From: Gemmatimonadota bacterium
Lineage (GTDB): Bacteria; Gemmatimonadota; Gemmatimonadetes; Gemmatimonadales; GWC2-71-9
Direction of reading: 5' to 3'
Assembly (NCBI GenBank): GCA_003222155.1
Contig: QHUU01000067.1
Span: forward strand, 38,297 to 102,296
DNA length: 64,000 nucleotides
The translations under genes were made by a program, and so were the position numbers. How positions within the stretch are numbered: the first letter of the stretch is position 1; every line of letters begins with the position of its first letter. Positions 19,482 through 28,704 of this stretch are shown one piece after another. The notes under the pieces are model-generated. The model did no database searches, was not told the origin of the DNA, and saw only the letters and a program-made list of their open reading frames with translations.

Positions 19482-19624
19482 CCGGGCGTGGCCGTTCCAC
19501 ACTGGAACTGGTCAACTCGCCGCGGCCGCGCGCGTTCCGCCGCGTGACGCGGCGCACCAGTCGCGGGTCTCACCCGTGAAGCGAGCCAGGGTGGCTCGCC
19601 CCATACCTCCGGAGGTATCGAAAC

Positions 19625-19837
19625 ATGATTCGTCGCACGCTCCTCGCGCTGGCGCTCCTCGCCGCTCCCGCCATCGTGGTGGCGCAGCAGCCATCCCCGA
19701 TGCAGGGGCAGGCGCCGGCGGCCGACACGTCGAAGGCCAAGCCGGCCAAGAAGTCCGCCAAGAAGGGCGCCAAGAAGCACGCCGCGAAGCCGGCAGCCAA
19801 GCCCGCGGCCAAAGACACCACCAAGACAAAGATGTAA
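19625..19837 (+). CDS. Small secreted Lys/Ala-rich protein
   Basis: GGAGGT RBS; signal peptide; KAKPAKKSAKKGAKK. Confidence 0.75.
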   Translation: MIRRTLLALALLAAPAIVVAQQPSPMQGQAPAADTSKAKPAKKSAKKGAKKHAAKPAAKPAAKDTTKTKM

Positions 19838-19847
19838 GCAGTCGGGG

Positions 19848-21080
19848 TTACGAGGTGTAATCGGCGTTGATCCGGACGTATTCCGGCGTCAAGTCGCAAG
19901 TCCACACCACCGCCTCCGCGCGACCGAGTCCGAGGTCGACGCGGAGGCGGATCGTTTTCTGCTGGAAGATCGCGCGCGCGGCGCTGGTGTCGGCGTGCGC
20001 CACGGCTCCCCCGCTGGCGAGCGTCAGCCACTCGCCATCCGCGGAGGCCTGGAGCGAGAGGCGCTCGGTGGCGAGCGTCACGCCGGCCGTCCCCGCGGCC
20101 GCCAGGATCCGGCCCCAGTTCGGGTCGGCCCCGTAAACCGCGGTCTTGACCAGGACGGAGCGCGCGATGGCGCGCCCGACCTCCCGGGCGGCCGTCTCGC
20201 TCACCGCGCCCACGACCTGGATCTCGACGAGCTTCGAGGCACCTTCGCCGTCAGCCACGATGGCGAGCGCGAGCGTCCGTGCCACGTGCTGCACCGCGTC
20301 CTCGAACACCTTCCACACCGCGCCGTCGCGCGCCGGGTCCACGCCGGACGCCCCTCCGGCGAGCAGGAGCACCGTGTCGTTGGTGCTGGTGTCGCCGTCC
20401 ACCGAGATGGCGTTGAAGCTGCGATCGGCGACGCGACGCAGCAGCGGCTGGAGCGCCGCCGGCTCGCCCGCCGCGTCCGTCGTCAGCACCGCGAGCAGGG
20501 TGGCCATGTCGGGATGGATCATGCCCGCCCCTTTGGCGATCCCCCCGACCGTGATCATGCCGGCGGGGGTCTCGAGGCGCACGGCACAGTGCTTGGGCCG
20601 GGTGTCGGTGGTCATGATGGCGCGCGCGGCATCGAGGCCGCCGTCGGCGGTGAGATGGGCGGCGGCCGCCTGGAGGGCGCTGGTGATCTGATCGAGCGGC
20701 AGCGGCACGCCGATCACGCCGGTGGAGAGCACGAGCGCGGTGCGGGCGGGCAGGCCTGCCGCCTGTTCGGCCGCGTGGGCCATCGCGCGTGCAGCCGCGA
20801 GCCCGGGCGCGCCGGTGCAGGCGTTCGCGACCCGCGCGTTCATGGCGACGGCCCGGATGCGGCCCGGGCGCTCCACCAGCAGGTCGGCGTCGTACGTCAC
20901 TGGCGCGGCGCGCAGGGCGTTCTTGGTGAACACGCCCGCCGTGGCGCAGCTGGTGGCGCTCACCAGCAGCGCGACGTCGGGCGCACCATCGGCCTTCAGT
21001 CCCGCATGCGCCGCCGCGGCGCTGAAGCCGCGCGGCGACGTGACGGAGCCGTTCGGGATCTCGGTGAAACCGGAGGACAT
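19848..21080 (-). CDS. argJ: Ornithine acetyltransferase ArgJ
   Basis: STGVIG; IMTTDT; KGAGMIHPDMAT; DGDTSTND; DGEGA; DPNWGRI. Confidence 0.95.
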   Translation of the reverse strand: MSSGFTEIPNGSVTSPRGFSAAAAHAGLKADGAPDVALLVSATSCATAGVFTKNALRAAPVTYDADLLVERPGRIRAVAMNARVANACTGAPGLAAARAMAHAAEQAAGLPARTALVLSTGVIGVPLPLDQITSALQAAAAHLTADGGLDAARAIMTTDTRPKHCAVRLETPAGMITVGGIAKGAGMIHPDMATLLAVLTTDAAGEPAALQPLLRRVADRSFNAISVDGDTSTNDTVLLLAGGASGVDPARDGAVWKVFEDAVQHVARTLALAIVADGEGASKLVEIQVVGAVSETAAREVGRAIARSVLVKTAVYGADPNWGRILAAAGTAGVTLATERLSLQASADGEWLTLASGGAVAHADTSAARAIFQQKTIRLRVDLGLGRAEAVVWTCDLTPEYVRINADYTS

Positions 21081-21164
21081 CGGCGGAAAATAGCCCGTGC
21101 CCGTCGCTTGTGTAACCGCCCGGCGCGTCATATCATAGCACAACCTTCCCGGGAGGCCCGTTCG

Positions 21165-22283
21165 ATGTCGGAACCGTTCTTGAGCTCCGACGACTACGAC
21201 GAACGCGCGCATCATCTGTACAACGACGGACAATACGACTACGCCATCGAGACTCTGCGAGAGGGGTTGGGCCTCTACCCCCACGCCGTCGAGCTGCACG
21301 TCGGCATGGGCTACGCCCGGCTCGCCCGCGAGGAGTATCTCTGGGCGCGTCGGGCGTTCGAGGAAGCGGTGGGGCTCGACCCCGAGCACGAAGACGCCTT
21401 GGCGGGGTTGGGCGAGGTGCTGCTCAAGTTTGGTGAGCGGGGCGGCGCCGTCGCCTGTTTCGACCGCATCCTCGCGCTGGGCTTCAAGGACGACCACGAC
21501 CTCATGCTGCAGGTCGGGCGCGCGCTGTTCCGTGAAGCCGCTCTGGACCAGGCGCGGCGCTTCTTCGAAGTCGCCATCACGGGGCATCCCGATTCGGCCG
21601 AGGCGGCGGCGTGCGTGGGGTACGCGGCGCACCGGCTCACGGACGAGGGGGGCGCGCTCTACTGGCTGCGCCGGGCGCTGGAACTGGAGGCGGGACACGC
21701 CGAAGCCCGCATCTATCTCGCCAACCTGCTGTACGACCGCGGGGAGTACGAGGCGGCGCTGTTTCACCTCGAGCGCACGCAGCCGGCGGATCATTTCGAC
21801 GGGCTCGCCATCTGGCGACTGATCGAGCTGAAGAAGAGCGTGTACCGTCTCCCGGATGACGACCCGGAGCTCGTGCCCTGGCATCACCGCCTCGACGAGC
21901 TCGCGGGGGACGCCGGGCCCGAAGACCTGCTGCTCGCGGAGATCGAGGCGATGGGGCCCGACGGCCAGCTGCGCGACCCGCGGCAGCTCGAGCTGTTCGG
22001 GACGCTGCTCACGGAGCTGCAGGGCATGAAAGCGCGGTCGGGGCCGGGCGACGTCCACCGCGTCAGCACGCTCGGCGGCGCGACCTACGTGGGGACGTGG
22101 GAGGAGATCGTGCGCCAGATGAAGGACGACGCCGCGGAGTGGGCCCGCGGCTCGCTCGAGCAGTACATGGCGGCTGCCGCGCACCGGGGGCGCAAGGAGA
22201 CCGGGGTCGCGATTCCCGCGACGGATCCCGAGAGCTTCATCCGGGGGAGCGCGGACGCGGGGCTGCTGCGCATACTGCACTGA
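21165..22283 (+). CDS. Tetratricopeptide repeat protein
   Basis: GGGAGG RBS; several TPR helix pairs. Confidence 0.8.
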   Translation: MSEPFLSSDDYDERAHHLYNDGQYDYAIETLREGLGLYPHAVELHVGMGYARLAREEYLWARRAFEEAVGLDPEHEDALAGLGEVLLKFGERGGAVACFDRILALGFKDDHDLMLQVGRALFREAALDQARRFFEVAITGHPDSAEAAACVGYAAHRLTDEGGALYWLRRALELEAGHAEARIYLANLLYDRGEYEAALFHLERTQPADHFDGLAIWRLIELKKSVYRLPDDDPELVPWHHRLDELAGDAGPEDLLLAEIEAMGPDGQLRDPRQLELFGTLLTELQGMKARSGPGDVHRVSTLGGATYVGTWEEIVRQMKDDAAEWARGSLEQYMAAAAHRGRKETGVAIPATDPESFIRGSADAGLLRILH

Positions 22284-22285
22284 GC

Positions 22286-22394
22286 GGAAGGTTGGTGGAG
22301 GTTCGGGAGGTTGGTGGAGGTTGGGGAAGGTTTTGACGTCAGCGGAGCAGCCTCCCCCGACCTCCACCGTCCTCCACAACCTCCACCAACCTCC
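22286..22394. repeat. Inverted element with (GGAGGTTGGT)n arms, copy 1
   Basis: Tandem 9-10-nt units, core ACGTCAGCGG, then the complementary units; between convergent genes. Confidence 0.8.
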
Positions 22395-22398
22395 GGCG

Positions 22399-22785
22399 TC
22401 AGCTGCCGTGTTTCAGTTTCACCGCGATCGAGAGCGGCCCGTCCCCCAGCGCCACGAGCGTGATCGCTCCCGCGAGGAGCAGTCCTTCGAGCTCGATGTT
22501 CCCGCCGTGCGGCACCTTCACCGCGAAGATGGCGACCAGCATCTCGATGGCCATGCAGATCGACCAGGCCCGCGTAAAGATTCCGAGCAGCACGCACGCC
22601 GCGCCCACCGTTTCCACCGCGATGAGGATCACCGCCCAGATCGTCGCGAACGGGAATCCGATCCCGTGGAGAAACCCGGCGACGGCCGGGATGCCGTTGT
22701 GAAATTTCGTCAGGCCGTGTTGCAGAAAGACGCCGCCGACGGCGAGCCGCATGAAAAACGCGGCGTACGGCGTGAGCTGGTTCAT
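22399..22785 (-). CDS. DoxX family membrane protein
   Basis: RLAVGGVFLQHGLTK; ETVGAACVLLGIFTR; GDGPLS. Confidence 0.88.
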   Translation of the reverse strand: MNQLTPYAAFFMRLAVGGVFLQHGLTKFHNGIPAVAGFLHGIGFPFATIWAVILIAVETVGAACVLLGIFTRAWSICMAIEMLVAIFAVKVPHGGNIELEGLLLAGAITLVALGDGPLSIAVKLKHGS

Positions 22786-23147
22786 GAGTTCTCCGGAAGG
22801 ATGGCGTTGGTCACCGGCCCGCGCCGGCGCGAGTCGACGCGCACTTCGCGCGCGCCGAACCGCTTGATGATCACGTCGAGACCGCGTTGTGGCCGCGCGC
22901 CCCCGCCGCCTGCCACGTCGGCGAAGCAGAGCCCCGCATCCGGCACGCCGTGCAGCGCGACGTGCCCGCCGTTGCAGACCAGCGCGGCCGACAGGCCGCT
23001 CGGCCCGAGCGTCACGACCGGCGGGCTCGCGGGGTTCAGGCCCGCCGCGTTGGCGGCGGCGAGGAGCAGCCCGGCAACGGCCTGCGCGTCCGTGAGGCGG
23101 TTCGCCGGAACGCCGCCCAGGTCCGCGAAGACGTGGTCGAACGTCAC
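22782..23147 (-). CDS. S-adenosylmethionine decarboxylase-like protein lacking the ES self-cleavage site
   Basis: HVFADLGG...LTD...GLSAALVCNGGHVALHGVPD.GLCFADV...RRG follows the SpeD layout. Confidence 0.65.
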   Translation of the reverse strand: MTFDHVFADLGGVPANRLTDAQAVAGLLLAAANAAGLNPASPPVVTLGPSGLSAALVCNGGHVALHGVPDAGLCFADVAGGGGARPQRGLDVIIKRFGAREVRVDSRRRGPVTNAILPENS

Positions 23148-24292
23148 CCCGGGCAGTGGTCCAGACGCGTGCGCAGCGGCGCGACGAACGTCCCCCGAAT
23201 GACTTCCACCCCGAGCGTGTCGTTGTACAGGTCGGTGCGCTGCGCGTTGAACAGGTAGCGGCCACTGATGATGGCGCCACCGGTCACCGGCGCGAATTGG
23301 GTGATCGTGATGCTGCCGGCCACCAGCGAGTCGGCAACCGTGCCGTGTGAAAACGCGAAGATGCTGAACAGCGGCGTGACGTTGTGGCTGCTGCGCCAGA
23401 ACGCCCACGGCCGGGGCGGGTTGCAGAAGGGGTCGAGCGTCCCGACCCGGGAGGCCCCCGCCTCCTGCGGACTGATGAAGTCGATGTCGAAAGTCGTATC
23501 CCCTCGGAGGAGCGAATCGGTCAACGTCACCAACATCTGGTCGAGCAGGGTGCTGTCGCTGGAGAGCGCCGAGTCGACCAGCTGGAATGCCAGTTTCTGG
23601 TTGAGCCTGGGGTAGTGGAGGCCCACGGCCTTCCCCCCCTCGTGACGGATCGCCGTGCCGAGCACGGTCTGGAAGAAGTATCCCGGCGAGTTCGTGTCGG
23701 CCAGGGCGAGGACGACCACGGCGCCGGTGTCGGAAACCGTGTCCGCGCCTCCGGTGGTCACGTGGACCACGTAGGGCACCGCGCCGCCCGAGGTCACGGC
23801 GGTCACGAGCCCCGTCGACGTGTTGATCGTCACCCGGGGGCTCGAGGAGGCGTCGAACCAAACGGTGTCCGTGGCGAGCGCGTCCTTCTTCTTGATGGCG
23901 TAGGGGATGGTGAACGTGTCCTGCTGCATCAGCACGACCGTGTCCGTGAGCAGCGTGAGGTCGAGCGGCCGCGAGACGGCCACGAGGGCCACCCCCGTCG
24001 CCTGCCCGCCGGACGCGGTGAGCGTCGCGACGCCCTTGCCGACCCCGTGGACGACGCCGGTCGTGGCGTTGATCGTCGCCACCGAGCTCGGACCGATGGC
24101 CCACGTGAGGGGACCGGGGTTCGCGCGCTGGCCGTCGCTGTTGTAATAGGCGAAGTCGCGCGCCGTGAGCGAGTCCCCCACGAACAACGAATCGAGGATC
24201 GGGCTCAGGATCAGGATCGGCGGCAGAGGGCTCGACACGTCGAAGCATGCGGCGCCCGCGACGATCGTGAGGGCCAACAAGGTTCGTCTCAT
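23144..24292 (-). CDS. Lipoprotein with Ig-like (Big_2) domains
   Basis: AGAAC lipobox; SSVATINATTGVVHGVGKGVATLTA. Confidence 0.7.
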   Translation of the reverse strand: MRRTLLALTIVAGAACFDVSSPLPPILILSPILDSLFVGDSLTARDFAYYNSDGQRANPGPLTWAIGPSSVATINATTGVVHGVGKGVATLTASGGQATGVALVAVSRPLDLTLLTDTVVLMQQDTFTIPYAIKKKDALATDTVWFDASSSPRVTINTSTGLVTAVTSGGAVPYVVHVTTGGADTVSDTGAVVVLALADTNSPGYFFQTVLGTAIRHEGGKAVGLHYPRLNQKLAFQLVDSALSSDSTLLDQMLVTLTDSLLRGDTTFDIDFISPQEAGASRVGTLDPFCNPPRPWAFWRSSHNVTPLFSIFAFSHGTVADSLVAGSITITQFAPVTGGAIISGRYLFNAQRTDLYNDTLGVEVIRGTFVAPLRTRLDHCPG

Positions 24293-24384
24293 GGTGCCTA
24301 AGTGTAAGAGGGCTCGGCCGGGGGTGGCCAGGGTTGCCGGTAGCGTTATGGAACCCCGTTCTCGGGGGATTGCTCCCGCCGGCA

Positions 24385-24843
24385 CTAGAACATCGACATC
24401 GCGAGAAACGAGCGCAGGTTATCGTTCGTCACCCGGAGCCGCGCGCACAGCAGCCGTACCACCGACCACAGCACCTTGTACGCGATGTCGCGGTTGAAGT
24501 CGAGCAGCAGCTCGAAGTCGGCGCGCGCGATGGTGATGAGGGTGCAGGTGGTATTGGCGATGGCGTCGGTGGAGCGCTCCGAGCGGTCGAAGATGGCCAT
24601 CTCGCCGAAGCAGGCACCGGGCTTGAGTACGGCGAGGGCTTCTTCTCCCGAGCCGGGGATGGTCCGGGAGATGCGCACCTCCCCCTCTGAAATGATGAAC
24701 AACCGGTTGCCGGGCTCGCCTTCCTTGAAGACGTGTTGGCCCACGGCGAACTTCTGCTCGCGACACACTTCTGCCACGCGGGCGAGCTCGCCGTCGTCCA
24801 GGTCTTGGAAGATCGCCGCCTGCTTCAGCAGATTCAGGTTCAC
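24385..24843 (-). CDS. Cyclic nucleotide-binding domain protein
   Basis: VFKEGEPG.RLFIISEGEV; FGEMAIFD...RST. Confidence 0.88.
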   Translation of the reverse strand: MNLNLLKQAAIFQDLDDGELARVAEVCREQKFAVGQHVFKEGEPGNRLFIISEGEVRISRTIPGSGEEALAVLKPGACFGEMAIFDRSERSTDAIANTTCTLITIARADFELLLDFNRDIAYKVLWSVVRLLCARLRVTNDNLRSFLAMSMF

Positions 24844-24879
24844 GCGGACGAAGCTATCGGGCGCCGGAGGGAGGGGCAA

Positions 24880-25392
24880 GTGAAACCGTGGGTGACGTGG
24901 GCGGATCTGCTGACCGCGCTGCGACTCCCCCTGGCGGCCGCGTTTCCGTTCGTCCACCGGCCGGCCGCGCAGCTGGGGCTCGTGGCCGCGGCCGCCGCGT
25001 CCGACTTCTTCGACGGCATGCTGGCGCGCCGCCTCGGCGAGTCGCGCGCCGGCGCCGTGCTCGATCCCACCGCCGACAAGATCTTCATGGCCGCTGCCTT
25101 CGTCACCGTCGCCCGGGCGGACCTGCTGCATCCCCTCGAGATCGCCGGCGTGCTGAGTCGGGACATCGTGGCCACGCTGGGGTACGTCGGTGCGTGGCTG
25201 CTGCGGCACCCGATGACGCTGCCGGCGCGCGCCGGCGGCAAGGCCGTCACGGTGCTGCAGCTGTTGACGCTGGTGGCCTGCATCGTCGCCTCGCCTCACG
25301 TGCGCTCGATCGCGTGGGCGACGACGGCGGTGGGCCTGTATGCGATCTGGGACTACGGCCGGGCAGCCGCCCGGGTGAACGCACAGCGCTGA
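24880..25392 (+). CDS. CDP-alcohol phosphatidyltransferase
   Basis: DFFDGMLARR...GAVLDPTADK. Confidence 0.88.
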   Translation: MKPWVTWADLLTALRLPLAAAFPFVHRPAAQLGLVAAAAASDFFDGMLARRLGESRAGAVLDPTADKIFMAAAFVTVARADLLHPLEIAGVLSRDIVATLGYVGAWLLRHPMTLPARAGGKAVTVLQLLTLVACIVASPHVRSIAWATTAVGLYAIWDYGRAAARVNAQR

Positions 25393-25401
25393 CAGGGGGA
25401 C

Positions 25402-25932
25402 GTGATGCGGAGCGTGGAGCTGGCGTTGCTGCTCGTCGTGGTCGGCACCGTGGCGCTCGCGGCGCAGGAGTTCCATCCCCCGCCCGTGCGCTCGGCCGGG
25501 GAGCGCGGCACCCGGCTGGGGCTGTTCGGGTTCGGGGTGCGTGGTGGGATCGACCTCTCCGGAAACACGCAGCTGGTGTTCGGCGTCGCGCTCGACGCCG
25601 GCAATCTCGTCACCAGTCGCTTCCGGCTCCGTCCGTCAGGCGAGATCGGCGTGTTCAACGGCGTGAACAGCTACGTCGGGAGCCTGGAAGGGATCTACCG
25701 CTTCACCGGCGAGGGACAGGCCGCCACGCCCTACGCGGGCGGCGGCTTCAGCCTCGTGGGGCACGACCGCTGCGGTACCGATCGCGATTGTCCGGACGTG
25801 TGGCTCAACGTGGTCGTGGGCGTGGAGCTGCATTATCGCTCCACCTTCAACTGGCTGCTCGAATACCACGGCATGGGTGGGTTCCGCCACAACCGCCTGT
25901 ACATGGGCCTCACGACACGGCGGGGGAACTGA
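25402..25932 (+). CDS. Putative outer-membrane beta-barrel protein
   Basis: Signal peptide, alternating beta strands, PYAGGG. Confidence 0.65.
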   Translation: MMRSVELALLLVVVGTVALAAQEFHPPPVRSAGERGTRLGLFGFGVRGGIDLSGNTQLVFGVALDAGNLVTSRFRLRPSGEIGVFNGVNSYVGSLEGIYRFTGEGQAATPYAGGGFSLVGHDRCGTDRDCPDVWLNVVVGVELHYRSTFNWLLEYHGMGGFRHNRLYMGLTTRRGN

Positions 25933-25933
25933 C

Positions 25934-26344
25934 GTGGCGGCGAACGTCGCGGAGATCACGATGCGCTGGCGCGAAGCCCTGGAGTTCGACGCGCAGGGGC
26001 CCGGACGCCCGCCGGTCGTGGTCGACGGCAACAGCGTTGTCGCCGCGTCACCGGTGGAGCTGTTGCTCGTCGCCGCCGCAACCTGCACCGCGTCGGACGT
26101 GGTGCTGATCCTCCAGAAACAGCGCGTCGCGCTGCGCGGGCTCGAGGTGCAGGTGCAGGGCACGCGCCGGACGGAGCAGCCGCGCCGCTTCCTCGCGCTG
26201 CATTTCGTGTTCACCCTCACGGGGGACGGGGCCGACGAGGGCAAGGCGCGCCGCGCGATCGATCTCTCCCTCGAGAAATATTGCTCCGTGGTCGCCTCGC
26301 TCGCCTCCGACATCCGCATCACCTACGACGTCGCACTTCGCTAG
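25934..26344 (+). CDS. OsmC family protein
   Basis: SPVELLL...CT; LSLEKYCSV. Confidence 0.88.
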   Translation: MAANVAEITMRWREALEFDAQGPGRPPVVVDGNSVVAASPVELLLVAAATCTASDVVLILQKQRVALRGLEVQVQGTRRTEQPRRFLALHFVFTLTGDGADEGKARRAIDLSLEKYCSVVASLASDIRITYDVALR

Positions 26345-26387
26345 AACGTTCGCGGGTGCCGCCGCCCTCGCCGCCGGCACGGCTCTC

Positions 26388-26813
26388 GTGGCGACGCCGG
26401 GCTGTGCGCAAGCGCTCAGCGCGACTGAAGCGGGCGTGGGCGCGACGGTCGTGCTGGCGCACCGCTCATTCTGGGGTCCGGAGCTCGTCGTCGCCCGACG
26501 CCCCGGAGGGCAGGGCCGCTTCTCCGTGACGCTGGCGGGTGGGGACTACCGGGGCACGGCCGGCGTGCGCGTGGCCGCGGACGCACAGCTGCTGCTCCGC
26601 CCGGGCGATCGCTCGGGCCCCGAGCCGTACGGAGGATTGGGATTGGCCTTCTTCGGGGCCGAGGGGGAGCGCGGCGCCGGCTACCTCACGGCGCAGGTGG
26701 GGGTGGAGGCGGCACCGGGGCGCCGCCGGGGGTGGTATGCGGAGCTCGGTTTGGGCGGCGGCGTGCGGCTGTCCCTGGGCCGGCGCTTCCGCCGGTTTCC
26801 GCCCTGGTGGTAG
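26388..26813 (+). CDS. Hypothetical protein (beta-barrel-like)
   Basis: PYGGLG; YAELGLGGG; start uncertain. Confidence 0.5.
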   Translation: MATPGCAQALSATEAGVGATVVLAHRSFWGPELVVARRPGGQGRFSVTLAGGDYRGTAGVRVAADAQLLLRPGDRSGPEPYGGLGLAFFGAEGERGAGYLTAQVGVEAAPGRRRGWYAELGLGGGVRLSLGRRFRRFPPWW

Positions 26814-26825
26814 ACCGGCGCGACC

Positions 26826-27065
26826 TCAGACGGTCGCGGCCACGGTCGCGCTGCGCCCCACCACCGGGCGGCAGTAGCGCTCTCCCAAAACGCGCAGCTC
26901 GCTGAGCTGTGGCTCGTCCAGGCCGTCGTAGCGGTCGGCGAGATAGAGCATGGTGTCGTCAAACCACTCTTTTTGATGTTCCGCGCTGGCTTCCAGAACG
27001 CCGCAGCGGAGAATGTGGGAGAACAACTCGTCGCGGGCCTGCTCGAAGGGGGTGGGGGTGGACAT
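26826..27065 (-). CDS. Hypothetical protein
   Basis: GAGGAG RBS; MSTPTPFEQARDELFSHI... Confidence 0.75.
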   Translation of the reverse strand: MSTPTPFEQARDELFSHILRCGVLEASAEHQKEWFDDTMLYLADRYDGLDEPQLSELRVLGERYCRPVVGRSATVAATV

Positions 27066-27308
27066 TCTCCTCGGTTCCGCACGTTTCTTGGCCATGCCTC
27101 TGGGTGCTCCTCTCCTGTCAGGACCGGGAACTATGGGGGCGCGGGACGGCTCGTTGCTCAAGTACCGATCAATCGGCGCCGCAATGTAATAGGGCGCGTG
27201 ATACGGCGCAAAGGGCGGACGTGCGGGCCCGCCGTGTGGTATTATCATGAACGGGAAGGCCGTGCGGGGCGGGACGCGGGGACCCGACATCTCACCCAAG
27301 GCAGGCAC

Positions 27309-27626
27309 ATGAGCGATCACTCGGACGAAGTGTACGGCCCGGACCGGGCGGAGCGCCTGCTCGCGATGTTGCGCGCCCTCGCCGAGCGCATTCAAGCACT
27401 CGACCGGGCCGGGCGACTCCTCGAGCGGGTACCCGAGCTGCAGAAGCTGCTGGGGAACACGCGCAGCGAGCTGTTTCACTATGAAGTACGCCTGACCTAC
27501 GACACGCCCGAGGTCGCCGAGAGCCGCCGCATCGTGGACGAGGCGGAGCGACAGGCGCGCGACACGCGGGCGGGATTCGACGACGACGAGGACGACGAAC
27601 CGTGGAGGAGGGTGCCGGGCGAATGA
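27309..27626 (+). CDS. Hypothetical protein
   Basis: MSDHSDEVYG...; ATGA overlap with dsbA. Confidence 0.65.
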   Translation: MSDHSDEVYGPDRAERLLAMLRALAERIQALDRAGRLLERVPELQKLLGNTRSELFHYEVRLTYDTPEVAESRRIVDEAERQARDTRAGFDDDEDDEPWRRVPGE

Positions 27627-28276
27627 AGGGGTTCTACCTGTTGCTCGTGGGGGTGGCGGTGATCGGTGGTGGAGTCTTGTGGTACGGCTCGCAGCGCACG
27701 CCGGCGCCGGCGCCGAGTGCACCCGTTGCGGTCGCGGCGGCGGACGGGTTCCGGGGTTACACGCTGGGGTCGGACTCGGCCGCGATCGAGATCACCGAGT
27801 ATTCGGACTTCGAGTGCCCGTTCTGCGCGTCGTTCGCGACGGTCCAGATGCCCGTGATCCGCGAGCAGCTGATCGCCACGGGCAAGGTGCGGTGGCGCTA
27901 CCGTGATTTTCCCCTTCCCACCCACGCGTACTCCCGCTTTGCCGCGCTGGCGGCCCAGTGCGCGGGGGAGCAGGGCAAGTTTTGGGAGATGCACGACCAG
28001 CTGTTCACCAATCACCAGTGGGCCCAGACCGGGAAGAACCCGCGCGGCCTGTTCCGCGAGTTCGCCCGCGGCCTCGGCCTCGACCTCGACAAGTACGACG
28101 CCTGCATGGACGGCCAGCGCTACGCCGGCCGCGTCCAGGCCAGCGTGCAGGAGGGTGAAGCGCGCGGCGTGAAGGGCACGCCCAGCTTTTACGTGAACGG
28201 GCGCCCCTACCAGGGGCGCTCCGCATCGGATGACTTCAAGGCACTCGTCGACAGTCTGACCAAGAAGCACAAGTGA
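27623..28276 (+). CDS. dsbA: DsbA family thiol-disulfide oxidoreductase
   Basis: YSDFECPFC; GVKGTPSF; N-terminal TM anchor. Confidence 0.88.
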   Translation: MKGFYLLLVGVAVIGGGVLWYGSQRTPAPAPSAPVAVAAADGFRGYTLGSDSAAIEITEYSDFECPFCASFATVQMPVIREQLIATGKVRWRYRDFPLPTHAYSRFAALAAQCAGEQGKFWEMHDQLFTNHQWAQTGKNPRGLFREFARGLGLDLDKYDACMDGQRYAGRVQASVQEGEARGVKGTPSFYVNGRPYQGRSASDDFKALVDSLTKKHK

Positions 28277-28704
28277 TCCGCCGTCAGGCGATCGTGCTGC
28301 TCGCGCTCGTGGGGCTGCTGGTAGCGACGTACCTCTGGCTGTACAAGATCGGTGTGCTGGGGGAGCTCCAGTGCGGGACCGGCAGCTGTGAGTACGTCCA
28401 GACCAGCGGTTACGCGCAGCTGCTCGGTCTCCCCGTCGCGCTGTACGGCGTGGCGGGATATGCGACGCTCCTGGCCCTTGGGCTCGCGGGCCTGCAGCGC
28501 CGCTTTGCGTCGGATCGACGCCTGAGCGTGCTGCTCGCGGCGCTCGCCACCGCGGGGTTCGGGTTCACGATCTATCTCACCGCCATCGAGCTGTTCGTGC
28601 TGCACGCGATCTGCCGGTGGTGCGTCGCCTCCGCGGTGATCATGAGCGCCACCTGGGTGCTGTCTCTCGCCGACCTGCGCCGCGCACCAGCGACGACCCC
28701 GTGA
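28273..28704 (+). CDS. Vitamin K epoxide reductase (VKOR) family protein
   Basis: CGTGSCEYVQTS; AICRWC. Confidence 0.9.
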   Translation: MIRRQAIVLLALVGLLVATYLWLYKIGVLGELQCGTGSCEYVQTSGYAQLLGLPVALYGVAGYATLLALGLAGLQRRFASDRRLSVLLAALATAGFGFTIYLTAIELFVLHAICRWCVASAVIMSATWVLSLADLRRAPATTP

